Below are positions 11,245 to 23,695 of a stretch of 64,000 bases of DNA, in pieces. The stretch is from contig CBFFRP010000026.1 of NCBI GenBank assembly GCA_965644295.1, positions 1 to 64,000 of the forward strand, in the 5' to 3' direction. The DNA is from Paraphysomonas bandaiensis. Its lineage: Eukaryota > Protista > Chrysophyceae. Position 1 is the stretch's first letter. Every line of letters starts with the position of its first letter. A model generated the notes under the pieces. The model searched no databases and was not told where the DNA came from. It saw only the letters and a list, made by a program, of their open reading frames with translations. Both the position numbers and the translations under genes were made by a program.

Positions 11245-14200
11245 ATGAAACGGTCATTGGCGCCATCTCAACTGAAGAGACGCTTACAGGAGCAGAAGGA
11301 GAGGGAGAAGGAGGGCCCCTCGAAGACGGTACTCTACTGTAGTGATATGGGCAGTATATGTTAGATAGTGATGTCATGTACAGAGCTCCCGAGTGGCCGA
11401 TGGAAGTGTCACCATTGAGCGCATGCCTCTCTTTGACTTCTTATCTATTCCGGAATCATTGAAAAAGAAGTTTCGTGTTCCGAGCGGATGCGTCATAACG
11501 AAAGAGTGCGTTAGATGTCTATTATTAACTTACAGTGTTACAAAATGTGTTTAGGTCAATAGCCTTACGGAAGGTAAAGACCTTAGGACTACGCAAAGTA
11601 TTCAAAGTGTTCAAGCCGGGTGATTTCATTCCTCCAACAGTTGTCCTACCTTCCCAGCAGCAGGCCGAGACCGAAGATGAGTCTGTCGACGTGGATAAAT
11701 CTGAAGAGCTACCCCCGTACGAGCCATTAGTACTTTGGGCAGATCAAGATGATCCAGAGAAAGTGATTGAGGTTTATTGCCATCATACACAAGCGATGCA
11801 TATCTCGAATATCTGACATCGCTTCGTGGTATGATATCAGGTGATCCCACAGCTGGCATGCCGACTGCGTCCCCATCAGCGAGAGGGTGTACAATTTCTT
11901 TTCGAGTGCACGATGGGTCTTAGAGGGTTTGATGGGGAGGTATAATGTCCTTATGACGTGACATGCACGAAGTAACACATTGCGACTATAGGGATGCATT
12001 CTTGCCGATGACATGGGACTAGGTATGTGGATATACCGTGTCTGCACTTGGTATATGACGTAAGTCCACAGGAAAAACACTGATGAGTATAACTCTACTG
12101 TGGACTCTACTTAATCAGGTGTCTTCCCCTGCTGTGTTTAAGCCCAATATGCGCGTCAGATTTGTGACCTACAATAACAGGGGTTTGAAGGCCCAAACGG
12201 TCCCCCAGCTGTGCGGAAGGCAGTAGTTGTATGCCCCACCTCCCTAGTAGGTACATTGTGAGACTTCTTTGTTGAAGTAGAATAAGTTGTGACAAAGGAA
12301 ATTGGGAGAATGAGCTGAAAAAGTGGATTGGAGATCACTGTCCGACTTTTGCAGGTACCATATATAAAGATTCTGATGTCTGATGGGAATATTTTCCTGA
12401 CATGTGAATCGTAGTTCACACGGACCCGAAGAAACGCATAAAGCAATATATTCAGGTACTTGGGTTGTATATGAGGACGTTATATAATTTGTGTGCTTCA
12501 GCACCGCGGCAAAGGTATCCTAATAGTGTCGTACGAAACGCAGCGCCGATATTCGTCTCTTTTCTTACCGGGTTCTGGCACTGCACTATTGCCTAATAAC
12601 GGTTCGCCTTGTGAACTGCTCATATGTGATGAGGTAATTTGGTTATCATATGCCACACGCACTGATATGATAATTTTTGTTGTACACTCTGATGTTTCAC
12701 TGTTAACGTGGTGATATTAATTCCACTACAGGCCCATAAGCTGAAAAACGCTGAATGTGGCATTGCGAAAAGTCTGAGCTCTCTTCCTGCACGAAAACGT
12801 GTGTTACTATCCGGTACTCCAATGCAGAATGAGCTGCTTGAGTTTTTCAACATGGTAGATTTCTGCAATCCTGGAGTACTGGGCACACCGGCGCAGTTCA
12901 GGAAGACTTACGAGCGGCCGATTTTACTTTCACGAGAGCCAGACGCATCTGAAAAACAGGTCGAATCTGCCGCGAGACTTCAGAAACAGTTGTCCACTAT
13001 TGTTAATGAGTTCATCTTAAAGCGAGGAAATATTCTTAATGCACAGCATTTACCACCGAAGCTTGTGCAGTATGTTTGCTGCCGACTGACCCCACTACAG
13101 AATGATCTCTATGACTTGGTGATTCAGTCCAAGCACAAGAGACACCTGCGGGATGGAAAGCAGCTGAATGTTCTTAACTCACTCCGTCATCTCCTTTCCA
13201 TATGCAGTCATCCGGAAATGGTTGTGACGGCATATCGCCAGCGGCAGTCGGGCTCCAGAGATATTGGGGAGGACGAATGTCTAGAGGAGTTAGCACAGTA
13301 TATGACTCAGTACGCTGGCGGAGAAGCTGTCAAAGGGGAAACACTGATGGGGGCACGCATGGGATCAGGAGGAGTATCCCGGCAGGATAGAGCGCTTATT
13401 AGGTCTGCTAACAAACACACATCCAGCACAGGCAGAGGGGGGGTGAAAAGTGGATTCGATCCGGAGCTATCTGGAAAATTTTTGGTATTATACCGGTTAA
13501 TGCAAACCCTTCGTGTGTTGCCAGATAAAGATAGAATAGTGGTTGTGTCTAACTCGACTCAGACCCTAGATCTGATAGAAGGTATTCGTATCATATTTGC
13601 TACTCATGAGTATCGTGTTTTTGTTGTCCTGATATGTGGAGTTGCTCTATATGGTTGAATATTGATATATATTATTTAAACCTCGATGCTACTTCTCAGC
13701 TTATTTGACAGCTATGTGTCGGGACAATGGATGGCCTTCCCTTCGACTGGATGGGTCCACTCCTGCAAGCCGACGCACTCGGATAGTGACAGAATTCAAT
13801 GACTTGCGAAGTAATAGCTTTGCCTTTCTCCTCTCGAGTAAGGCTGGTGGGTGCGGCATCAATCTGATCGGGGGGAATAGACTCGTGCTGTTCGATCCAG
13901 ACTGGAACCCAGGTTGAGTTTATACCCTATTTCTGTCGCAGTGTGTACATAGTCTTGATGTGTTGTATTCCGTGGAAGTGAAGCAGTTGTAAACGCTTAC
14001 TTTTATCATACTGCAGCGAGTGACAAGCAGGCCGCAGCGAGGATATGGCGAGAGGGTCAGCGCAAGCGGTGCTATATATATCGATTTATGAGCACGTGCA
14101 CCATAGAGGAGAAGATAATTCAGAGACAGCTGAGCAAAGAGGGGCTTCAAAATATAATAGATGACAAAGATCAGGTGATTGTTTAGTATTTTCTTGTATT

Positions 14201-16423
14201 CTACTCACTTTGATGTGGTAATTTCTACACGTTATTCAGGTGAACCAGTTTTCGTCCAGTGAGCTAAAATCAATATTCCGTCGCCGAACTGACACAAGGT
14301 CAGATACACATGACACTCTCCGTTGCCGCAGATGCAAGAATGTGAGGGTACTCCCTTGTGGAGTGGACGAGTGGCAACAGTGAGTGACAATAAAATTTCT
14401 CCGGGCTATGTCTAAAGTATTCTTTTTTAGACTCAACCCTCAAAGAGTTGAAATGTGTATTGAGTTTTTGAATGCAGAGATGCCTCAACTGGCTGAAGTA
14501 TTGAATGCGCTAGAAGCAGTTGGATCTTCCCCTAGCGACTTCAAGGGAGAGCTGGAGCAGGTATTCGACCTCTCCGTTCTCTAATGTTTTATATTGCCCT
14601 GTCATATAGATAGCATTGGAGTTGCGAGCAGGAGGATTTGAAACACTTCCGGCCTTCAGCAAGCGGCTGAGAAGTACTATCAAAAAGATAGATGATGTAT
14701 GTTAGTGTGCGAAATTGTCGAGTGATGTTAACACTTTCAGTTTAGACAGTGCTGGAGGCAATGCAGTCTTCCACCGTTCTAACCGACTTCCTGTCGGCGT
14801 GGACAAAGCTAGTAAGAATCACTTGCGATGAGAGCTTTTCTTCGGAATAATGATGTTTATATATATTACAGGTGCCTAATTTGACTGCAGCTGTTGGTCC
14901 CAAATCCAGCTCAAGACACGCCAAAGAGGTTAGATTATATGTTTTATCCCTTTTCTCATAGTAAAAGATACATTAGAGGGAAGCTGGAACGGACAAAGAA
15001 AACGTTTCCAACGACAACACCGACTGCGAGAATGATGATGAAGAGGAGTTCGTTGAGCAGGAGGGATGCCCAGATGAAGAAGATTTCAACAGGTATGTAG
15101 ATCGACCTGCCATCACCTTTTAATCATAGTATATTGTCTGCCGTATACTGTCCACCGCATGTCAATTGCTTGCAGTTAAGTAAAAGCGTAAATGTTTTTT
15201 ATAGATGGAGCCATCACTGTAGTGTGAACACTTGTGATGATGAAGCTTTACAACTAGCGATGGGAGATGACTCAACGGTGAGTATCCAATATGTTCCCTG
15301 GCAAGTGGAGCTGTTGTATTGAGCTGTTGGGTTTCTGTATATAGGTATCATTTGTATTCGGGTTAGAGGTGAACTGGTCATTACTGCAAGCTAAGGTTGC
15401 GCTTGAGGCTGAGGAAGAAGAACGCAAGAAAGAACAGCTCAGGAAAGATATCGAGGAACTTAACCGTCAGCGAGAAAAGAGCAAGAAACAGCATCTTGAG
15501 TCATTCGAGGAAGATGCTTTATTCGATGATTGTAGCGAACGAAAAGGAAAAAACTCAAAATCCAGGAGACCGCTTACAATCTCGAAACCAGACCACAGCG
15601 ATTGTAGTAGTGAGAGTGATTGTGAGTTTTTGCTAGATCACCACGTGAAGCACTGTAGTTCAGGGAGGCGAAGTATCTCCCATACCACTTGCGCACGTGA
15701 GCCAGAAACGGGAGGCCAGGATGATGAGTCTCGTGAATGGAGAACGCAGAGTGGGAACAACAACAAACGGAGGCGTGTTGTCCTGGACGAGAGCGATGAT
15801 GATAGTACATTCGAAAACCAGCTGGAGGTATTCACACATTTTTGCTTAATTTTTATCTACGGCTACAAATTTGTTTTCTATCTTGCTGTCAACGCCTCGC
15901 ATTTTAATTTTAAAGTACGTGACATTTGTCGCTGATGTGTGTAGAACGAATCAGCGTCTCGCGTTGACGACATTACTGACAAATCCACTTGTAAAAGGGA
16001 TGATACATCAGTTATGAGCGCAGATGATAATTCCCATTCGCCACTGAGCAAGAATCAATGTGGTGTATTGCACAACAATCAAGACCAATGTGAATACAAA
16101 CAGCCACCTCTTTCGTCAGAAGAACTTAGGGAAAAGGAATGCAGTGAAATATGGGCTTGCCCAGAATGTACACTCCATAACGATATAGCGAAGCCAAGAT
16201 GCTCAGCGTGCGGGTAAGCTTGTACTTCCATTCGGCGCCATTTTCCACTGTGGTGGCATGTTCTCCATATAAAAGAATTAATATATGCATAGATTTTCGA
16301 GGCGCGCATCTGGATCGAGAGGTCGCCTGGCATTACCACCAAGGTAAGAATGCGAAATTGTATGATATCATGACTGCACAGCCGTACCAACCGTGTCTGC
16401 GTAGGAGGAGCAGGAAAATATAG
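11245..16423 (+). CDS. RAD54: RAD54-like SNF2 family DNA translocase, multi-exon, with C-terminal RanBP2-type zinc finger
   Basis: N-terminus MKRSLAPSQ; [25 protein letters not shown]|[53 protein letters not shown]; zinc finger [14 protein letters not shown]. Confidence 0.92.
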
Positions 16424-16723
16424 TATCCACAAAACGATGCTCAATATATTTTTGTATTCTTTACTTTTCAACTTTGCTGCGGCGGAGCTGGTTATGAGTA
16501 GCAAGTTGTTGTGTCTTTAAGAATTATGAGTGATAAGATACATGCCTATATCACAACTGTTGCTATTGTAGCCATGAAATGTAAAATGTAATTATGTACA
16601 TGGTACAGCATATCAAACCAGCTGACCTTTATATGTTTTGATTGATGTGTGGTGGATAGGAGCACTTTTAGCCGGTAATACTTCTAGAATGATATATTCT
16701 GTAGTAATGTCGTAGTGAATGTG

Positions 16724-17036
16724 TGATTGATAGCAATAGGTGTGTATGAGTCAGAACTAGTGTGTAGCGAAACAATTTACCTAACTAGTGCTTAACTCTG
16801 ATATCCAACTATTTTGCGCTACGAAAGCTGCTTGTGCGTCACCGCAAGCGCCAAGGTGCAACCACTTTCGCTTTCTGTCCTTAAGGTGAAGTAGCCCGAA
16901 TGCTTGACTTCAGTAGATAGTCCAATACCCCAGATGCTCTTGAGGTGGGCCCATTCCCGGATACTTGACTACAGCAGGCCCCGGTACTTATCCCCCAGAA
17001 CACCACGAAAAGGTGCGAGTCCGACTTTGATGAGGG
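16724..17036 (+). repeat. Dispersed repeat family (modules A+B), internally deleted copy
   Basis: 16724-16962 is identical to 22521-22759; the copy ends GGTGCGAGTCCGACTTTGATGAGGG. Confidence 0.9.
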
Positions 17037-17045
17037 TGTTCTTAT

Positions 17046-17130
17046 CAGGGCTTGCGCAACAATTAATTGAATTGCAATTGCAATTAAATTGCATGGAATA
17101 TACGTAATACTTGCAATTTAATTGCTCGCA
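17046..17130 (+). mobile_element. Possible hAT-type terminus (CAGGG...) with AATTG subterminal repeats
   Basis: TTATCAGGGCTTGCGCAACAATTAATTG resembles TTATCAGGGCTGCGTATCAATTAATTG at 57654, which lies next to hAT-like relics. Confidence 0.4.
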
Positions 17131-17660
17131 GGAAGGTTGAAAGTAAATTGCTATTATTAACAATTTTGTAGAAGAACATATTAGGATTAGAACTATTCGA
17201 TTAGGGTTAGAATTAGGGTAAGGACTCCTTATGCATACCAGGTTTTTCTTTTGTTTCATCTTTCTAAAGGTGATTGCGGGTGTAGTTGAGGCCTCAGAAT
17301 AAGCTACACCACCTTGGTAAACAAGAGACATTTACTAGGAATATCAAACATATAAATCTTCAAGTGTCATAGCGGTGGGTCTCAAAAACGAGATGGAAAC
17401 GAGATGGTTGAAATATCACGCCACTAAACATTATGGCACGGGCCTCGTCGTAATAATAAAAGATTAAACGAGACATTAACTATACCTGCACATAGCTATA
17501 CAATACCGAGCAATGACATCACGAAGTCAGCCTGTCATTATTCAAATCCAAATTCGTAATTAAGTCAAGTTTTTTTTTCTACTTGCCGAGGTAGTTATTC
17601 TGCATGACAAGACCATTCAACCAATTGGACATATATACTACGTTGAATATAAGGCATTCT

Positions 17661-17795
17661 GACGGAGATGCAATGCCCATCGCACGAGCCTTATTAATCG
17701 TAGCCTCCATTTCAAGCCCAACACACCTATATATATGCCTGTATAATTTCAGAACTCGGCGGTTCTGCATCAGTGTTCCAGGAATAGTTATCATG
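17661..17795 (-). pseudogene. Partial duplicate of an internal segment (~18242-18391) of the neighbouring cNMP-DUF6909-like gene
   Basis: Translates MITIPGTLMQNRRVLKLYRHIYRCVGLEME-ATINKARAMGIASPS versus parent ...HIYGCVGLEMEGIYYEAAINKARMMGIVSPS; 15-bp deletion. Confidence 0.9.
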
Positions 17796-17925
17796 AGCAC
17801 AAGAGAAGAAGTCATCAGATGAATCTTTCAAGTTATTACACGAAAGCAACTAACAAGTGGGACTGCTAACACCGATAGTGGCTACTATCAGCTAATATTA
17901 GCCATAACTTCGTAATCCTTAATGC

Positions 17926-20230
17926 CTATATACTAGCATTGCTAGTATCGCTGCTACTGATATTATCTCTTCCTTTCCCACCGCTTCTTAAAGCTACCTT
18001 AAACCGCACAATGGCTCTGGACACAGTCTGCAGTGTCTTGAACTTTTGCACAGGCGATTGCGAGTTGCTCAGGTCAGAACAAACTACATCACCGTCATTA
18101 ACACGAAGGCATCTAACCAAAAATAGTCTCGTAATTCCGTAGAGTGAAGGAAATAGCTCTGCAAGTGTCATGGGCTTGGCCAAGGATGTTCCCACAGACA
18201 GCGGTAGGTCACTGATATAATATAAAAACCTCGAACGTATTGATGGAGATACAATACCCATCATACGAGCCTTATTAATCGCAGCCTCATAGTATATGCC
18301 CTCCATTTCAAGTCCAACACACCCATATATATGCCTGTACAATTTCAGAACTCGGCGGTTCTGCATCAGTGTTCCAGGAATAGTTATCATCGGCCCCACA
18401 TGAACACATCTACTGCAAATGTTCCCAACATCCTGTGCATCAATATCGGAGTTGTCTACACATCTGTAATCAGGCGACTCCCCTCTTTCAAGTATAAAGT
18501 GCGTAGGGAGGAGCAAATCACCTCTATTTCCTTGTAGGCCTCCAGCCTTCCCCATTACATTGACACTCCGCACAGATATAGAGAATAAGCTAATGAGCGA
18601 CCACAGCACCTGCTCAGCTTGCTCACCGAATGCATAATCTATATTCACTAACATATGTTGTCTTGATATGTCTTCCTCAGCACAGTGGGACCGGAAAAGA
18701 GATTCTCGCACCACAGCATCACACGAAGCGTTTCGATTACCCCGAAGCGCTGTAATACTAATCAGCTGAACAGTGATGCCAGTGTATTCCTTCTCTTCGA
18801 TTATAACTATACCACGGGCCTTGTCATACTCCTCCATTTCTGTTTGCTTATCAGGGTGGGCGTTGAGGTATCGTTCTGCTAGCACATAATATACATCGTC
18901 CTGATTGTCCAGATCAGGTGTTGTGATACCCTCATCTTCCGCCCAGTTCCGCACAGTTTGTTTGGTGGTGTCACAATGCAGATACGGCGAAAGACAAAAA
19001 GTGACGCTGGTTGTATTTGATGAGACAATATCGACTATAAGAGAACCATCTCTAGGAAGGTTGTCCTCCTTATCCATCCCTAACAGCTCCCGCGCAGCAG
19101 AAAGTACTCTTGATTCCCATTTCTCAGCTGCAGAACATGTTGCCACCTACTCGAGACATATAATGTTATAAAACAGTAAACACAAATACCCATACCTCCA
19201 TAGGTATATTGTCAGCGTATAGAACATAGTCACCATGATGGATGCAAATATTCAAGAGCTCATCCAGGAGCCGTCCGTTGTACATGTCCATCATAATGCG
19301 ACATTCCTCGCTTGACAATTTATTTATCGATCTCATGAACTCATTAGTAACAGACTGTCTATCGGCTCCATCAGCTATGCGGTCCAAACATTCAGAGAGA
19401 CGCGACACGGTAACGTGGATCGGCTTCAGCAGCGCTCGGAGTTTGAGGGTCTCAACAGTGTGCAGACAAAGACAAGTGACAAGATCACTTATATCTGTTT
19501 GTCCTGGTCGCAAGAGAACAAATGCTTTGCCTGGCATAAGCATACGGCATGTACGTCGTCTGACCTCGGTTCGAACTACCTGAACACCGGGTCCGTTCAT
19601 TACATTGACCGCATTCACTGAGAGTACAATGGAGAACATACAGTTGATGCTCTCCGGTAACCTGCGAGCTGCGTAGGACCAGGCAAAAACATCCAGATCA
19701 TCTGAAGCTGCTCCTGCGTGGAGAGCTGGACACAGGGCACAATAAGACTTAAGCAGGGACCGAATATCCACACATCCTTTAACTAATGCTGCGCGTAAAG
19801 CGAATTCAAAGTTAGATAAAGAAGATACAACACCCATAGATATTCTCAATCTTTTCCCCAAAGCTTGAGCAAATCTCATTTCTTGTGCATGCTCCAGCAG
19901 ATTCAGCAGAGCCTCTCCTGGTATACAGATCACTTCTGAGTCTTCCACAGCCAGAGCCCTCCCCTCATGAGACTCGCCGAACACCACTGCAGACTCACCG
20001 AACAGAGTGAGCTCTCTGGTCACCATCGTCTTGAAGGAACCATCTGTGGAAGTGATCTTAATGTGACCGCAGCAGAGCACAAATAGAGGCGGTTCGTCCC
20101 TCTCATAGAGATCCTCTCCTCTAGCGACCCTCTCTATGCGACCGCTATCACTCAGAGACCGAAGGCCCTCACCCGTCAAATACCTGAAGGGAGGGGCGCG
20201 GGAGAGCAACTCACGGACACGGTCCGACAT
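17926..20230 (-). CDS. cNMP-binding domain fused to a DUF6909-like / purine nucleoside phosphorylase-fold protein (~751 aa, 2 exons)
   Basis: Exons 20230-19196 and 19146-17926 join in frame across a 49-bp GT-AG intron. N-terminal CNB fold (G-E-x-LY, LFVL..G.IKI, FGESA). C-terminal NIDYAFGEQA, MGKAGGL..GD, TIPGTLMQN, VGLEMEG and YYISDLPL. Confidence 0.8.
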
Positions 20231-20728
20231 GTGTGTTCTACAAGCAGAGACGTCTGCGCTGCGTATGATGAGATGCTATTATGCTCTATCTATACATGCA
20301 TATGCATGATATGGGCGATGATTCGTCTACACGTCACAGAGAAAGATCAGAGCAGAGGCGGTATACGGTGTGTATGTATACGGTTTTTCTTAGTGTATAC
20401 ACCGTATTCCTGAAACGTACGGGGAGTGGTTTGTTTTATGTACGAGCAGAGCAGAGTGCTCTGTATACTACTACACTACATACCATACCATACCATACCA
20501 ATATGGCATACAGTGCCATGTACACTCCACACGACACACCGCGGACTACACTTGTGCCGCTTGTTGAAACTCAAAGCGGTAATCGTTCAAACATATCACG
20601 ACACAGAGATCATCATGGTTACTGTATTGGCTCCTAAGTGAGAGATACACCCCTACGAATGATGCGTATATCAGCTGATAACATTATCGTGTGACTGTTT
20701 TGAATCCCTCTAATTGCTGTGTGATAAT

Positions 20729-21629
20729 ATGGGCTGCGGTGCGAGCAGTAGCGGAAATAGCAGTGGTGATCAAATGGTAGTGAACACACGTCCGGTGAAT
20801 GTTGCTCCAGTCCGCGAGGTGGAAGCGATCACTCTGGTAAGGATAAGTGTCACATTGCGGTGTAGTGATATCTGTGTCAGGAGGAACTGCAGTCCCAAAG
20901 AATAGAATTCTGGGAGAGTAGAGTGGATGGCAATAGAGATATGTTAGTGGCATCGTATATTTTTTAAGACTAATTTGTTGTGATGTGATGCCGCAGGTGG
21001 AACGCTCTTCGAATGGCCTCTGACGCATTTCTTGCTGATGACACTGCACTTGCGACCGCCATTCTAGATGTACGCCTCGTCACGGGAATTGTTTTCGATT
21101 ACACTTAATTCTCTTTGTAGGCGAGTAATATTAATCTTCCTAATGGTACTTTGGAGCAGTGCTTCGACGAACGGGGCCACGAATACAAGGTTCCTACTTT
21201 CTGTTATACCACTCCTTCAAATATAGGTACTGGTGCAAAAGCAATGGATACCACCGCAGACTCCCTGATAAAAAAGAATGTGGTCGGTAGGCCGACACTA
21301 CTTAAGGTGCGCATCAATCCAGGAGATCACAACCTCAGTATTGACACCGATACATCTATCTCTATCGCTGAGCTGAAGCGACTTATTCACGAAGCTTCGC
21401 TGGTCGCCAACGAGAAAGACGCCCACTTCAAAATATGTCCCGAAAAGCGTCAACGAATTTTCTTCCTTGGCAAAGAAATGAAAAACAATCAGGTTGGTAA
21501 AATATGATGGGCTTAGGCTGTCTTATATGCTCGTTATTCTCGCAGCAAGTGTTGGAAGACTTGGGATTCGATGATACGAGGGTAGTACAAATTTTTCTCA
21601 GACAAGAGCCTTCTGCGGACAAAGTCTAG
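20729..21629 (+). CDS. Ubiquitin domain-containing protein (UBTD1/2, DC-UbP-like), spliced
   Basis: MGCGASS acylation motif; EFWESRVDG; LPNGTLEQCFDERGHEYKVP; C-terminal Ubl (ISIAELK, QRIFFLGK, VVQIFL). Confidence 0.85.
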
Positions 21630-21902
21630 GGACAATATTGACACGCTCCGGAGAAAGTCAAGTACTATGGACGTCATATATTACAACTGTATAAATGTCT
21701 CTGATATCTAGGAACCACAACTGTAGACTGCAATGTTTACAAAGCCAGGCAGTAGCCATCCGTTATTAATTATAATATAATGAAAGTGATCAACAAATGT
21801 CGGGTTTTATTATTAATACTTATCGTTTGTAGTCGTAGCTTCATGGAATAATTTCGTGAATGCACCGACAGATACAGGTAGTTATATATGAAAGCTGTTA
21901 AG

Positions 21903-22108
21903 TTTGTTGAGTTCTGCTATATGAGAACAATTGGAAGCTGTAGTTATATGGTATTTAAATCATAGTAGTATACAGTTGTGGTGAATCGTATGAGAATAAA
22001 TGACGATGAGTATATTGTAGTGAAACGGAATATAGTGACAAAGTAAGATCGTACGATAAATGAGTGGTAGTAGAGATAACATAAAAGAGATATTTATTAT
22101 AATTTATA
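21903..22108. repeat. Dispersed repeat family C, copy 1
   Basis: TTTGTTGAGTTCTGCTATATGAGA..AAGCTGTAGTTATA..AAACGGAATATAG..AAATGAGTGGTAGTAGAGA, shared with 27882-28130. Confidence 0.85.
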
Positions 22109-22265
22109 TATCCGATGTTTAGCTCATTTTTAAGCAATTAAAATCTGAATATCTTTAAGGTTTTCAAATCATGCAACATAAACTATTTCTATATTAGCTA
22201 TGATTTCTATCTGTGTGCGTCATTATACATATCATACACACCAGTGAATGCTATTTAGCAATAGG

Positions 22266-22479
22266 CCCTCAATAAAGTCGGACTCGCACCTTCGCGGTGT
22301 TCTGGGGGATAAGTATCGGAAATATTTTCCCGGTAAACTATAAAGTGATTCGATAAATTTCTGCCGACTCATATAGCCCAATACTTGTGTATAGTCGTAT
22401 TTGGGTCTTGACAAATAAGCAGACATACAGGGATGGGCTCACATTAAGAGCATCCGGGGTTTGGGGCTGCCTACTGAAG
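22266..22479 (-). repeat. Dispersed repeat family B, inverted copy
   Basis: Starts CCCTCAATAAAGTCGGACTCGCACC; diverged reverse complement of ~22706-22939. Confidence 0.85.
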
Positions 22480-22520
22480 CATTTGAATCGCTATTTTCAA
22501 AAAGTCAGTTGTGAAAAGTC

Positions 22521-22939
22521 TGATTGATAGCAATAGGTGTGTATGAGTCAGAACTAGTGTGTAGCGAAACAATTTACCTAACTAGTGCTTAACTCTGATA
22601 TCCAACTATTTTGCGCTACGAAAGCTGCTTGTGCGTCACCGCAAGCGCCAAGGTGCAACCACTTTCGCTTTCTGTCCTTAAGGTGAAGTAGCCCGAATGC
22701 TTGACTTCAGTAGATAGTCCAATACCCCAGATGCTCTTGAGGTGGGCCCATTCCCGGATGCCTGTTTATTCGTCAAGGCCCAAAGACATTACAAACAAGC
22801 ATTAGGCCATGAATTGGCAGAACAATATCTGCTGACTACATACATATATATGTGACTCGCGTTAGTTTTCCGGAGAAATATCTCCGGTATTTATCCCCTA
22901 GAATACCACGAAAAGGTGCGAGTCCGACTTTGTTGAGGG
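22521..22939 (+). repeat. Dispersed repeat family A+B, longest copy
   Basis: Module A (22521-22677) plus module B, which lies between TTAA at 22678 and TTAA at 22940. Confidence 0.9.
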
Positions 22940-23695
22940 TTAAAAAAGGCAATTATAAATATACAAGGTGCCATCGAAGAAGCCTCACCCGGATGGAAAA
23001 TTGTCAAATTATATTATCTTTAGCTTAGTAATGGAGAAGATGATAATAATAGTTATAATCAAGTTCTGGATGTCAACACAGATATGCGGAGAATAGTATA
23101 TTTTTACAAGCAAACTTGATATTATACCGCTGCCTGAAACACTTGCATTCCACAACTAATAAGGCTGGAAAATTATAATATTCAGAGCAACATTATGCAA
23201 TCGTGGAATTGCTTTCTCTACGCTTGATACCAGAATCTTCACTAGTATTGTAAGCTGTACTCTACTAGATCATTATCAGAAAGAAGTAATATATATATAT
23301 TATATTCAACTAAATCCTATTCAACTGATAGTAGAGCTAAGGTTGTTGTGATCAATTTGCCCAAGAGTATGCCTCCATGGCATTTAGAAACATTTACTTA
23401 TGATTTTACGCATGATTCATCGCCTAATAAAAAAATTTACAGGCATAATGGTCACAGAAAGACAGAAAAGAAAAACTGTAATCTCTTGAAAGTTAATAAA
23501 ACTTATTATTCCTTTCTCGACCACAACTACACTCAAAATTTCAAATACAAATGTACTACTTAAATCAATGTTAATCACATATACAACTACAGAACTACAA
23601 CAAGTCATTATTATGAACGCCAATAATATCGACAAAATAGAGAAGAGAAACCAGTAAATAGAAGTTTAAATACTTTTTGACAGACATACTTTATC

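Noticed and set aside
22590-22630. Hammerhead ribozyme in repeat module A (CTGAT...CGAAA)
   Set aside because: The core reads CTGATAT or CTGATGT rather than CTGANGA, and no convincing stems were found.
22266-22939. Single MITE with ~215-bp TIRs
   Set aside because: The arms are diverged, there is no TSD, and the pair at 52.5-53.0 kb has the opposite arrangement. Independent insertions are more likely.
22900-22940. tracrRNA/omegaRNA-like guide scaffold (GGTGCGAGTCCGAC)
   Set aside because: Only superficial similarity; no Fanzor/TnpB/IscB-like ORF in the window.
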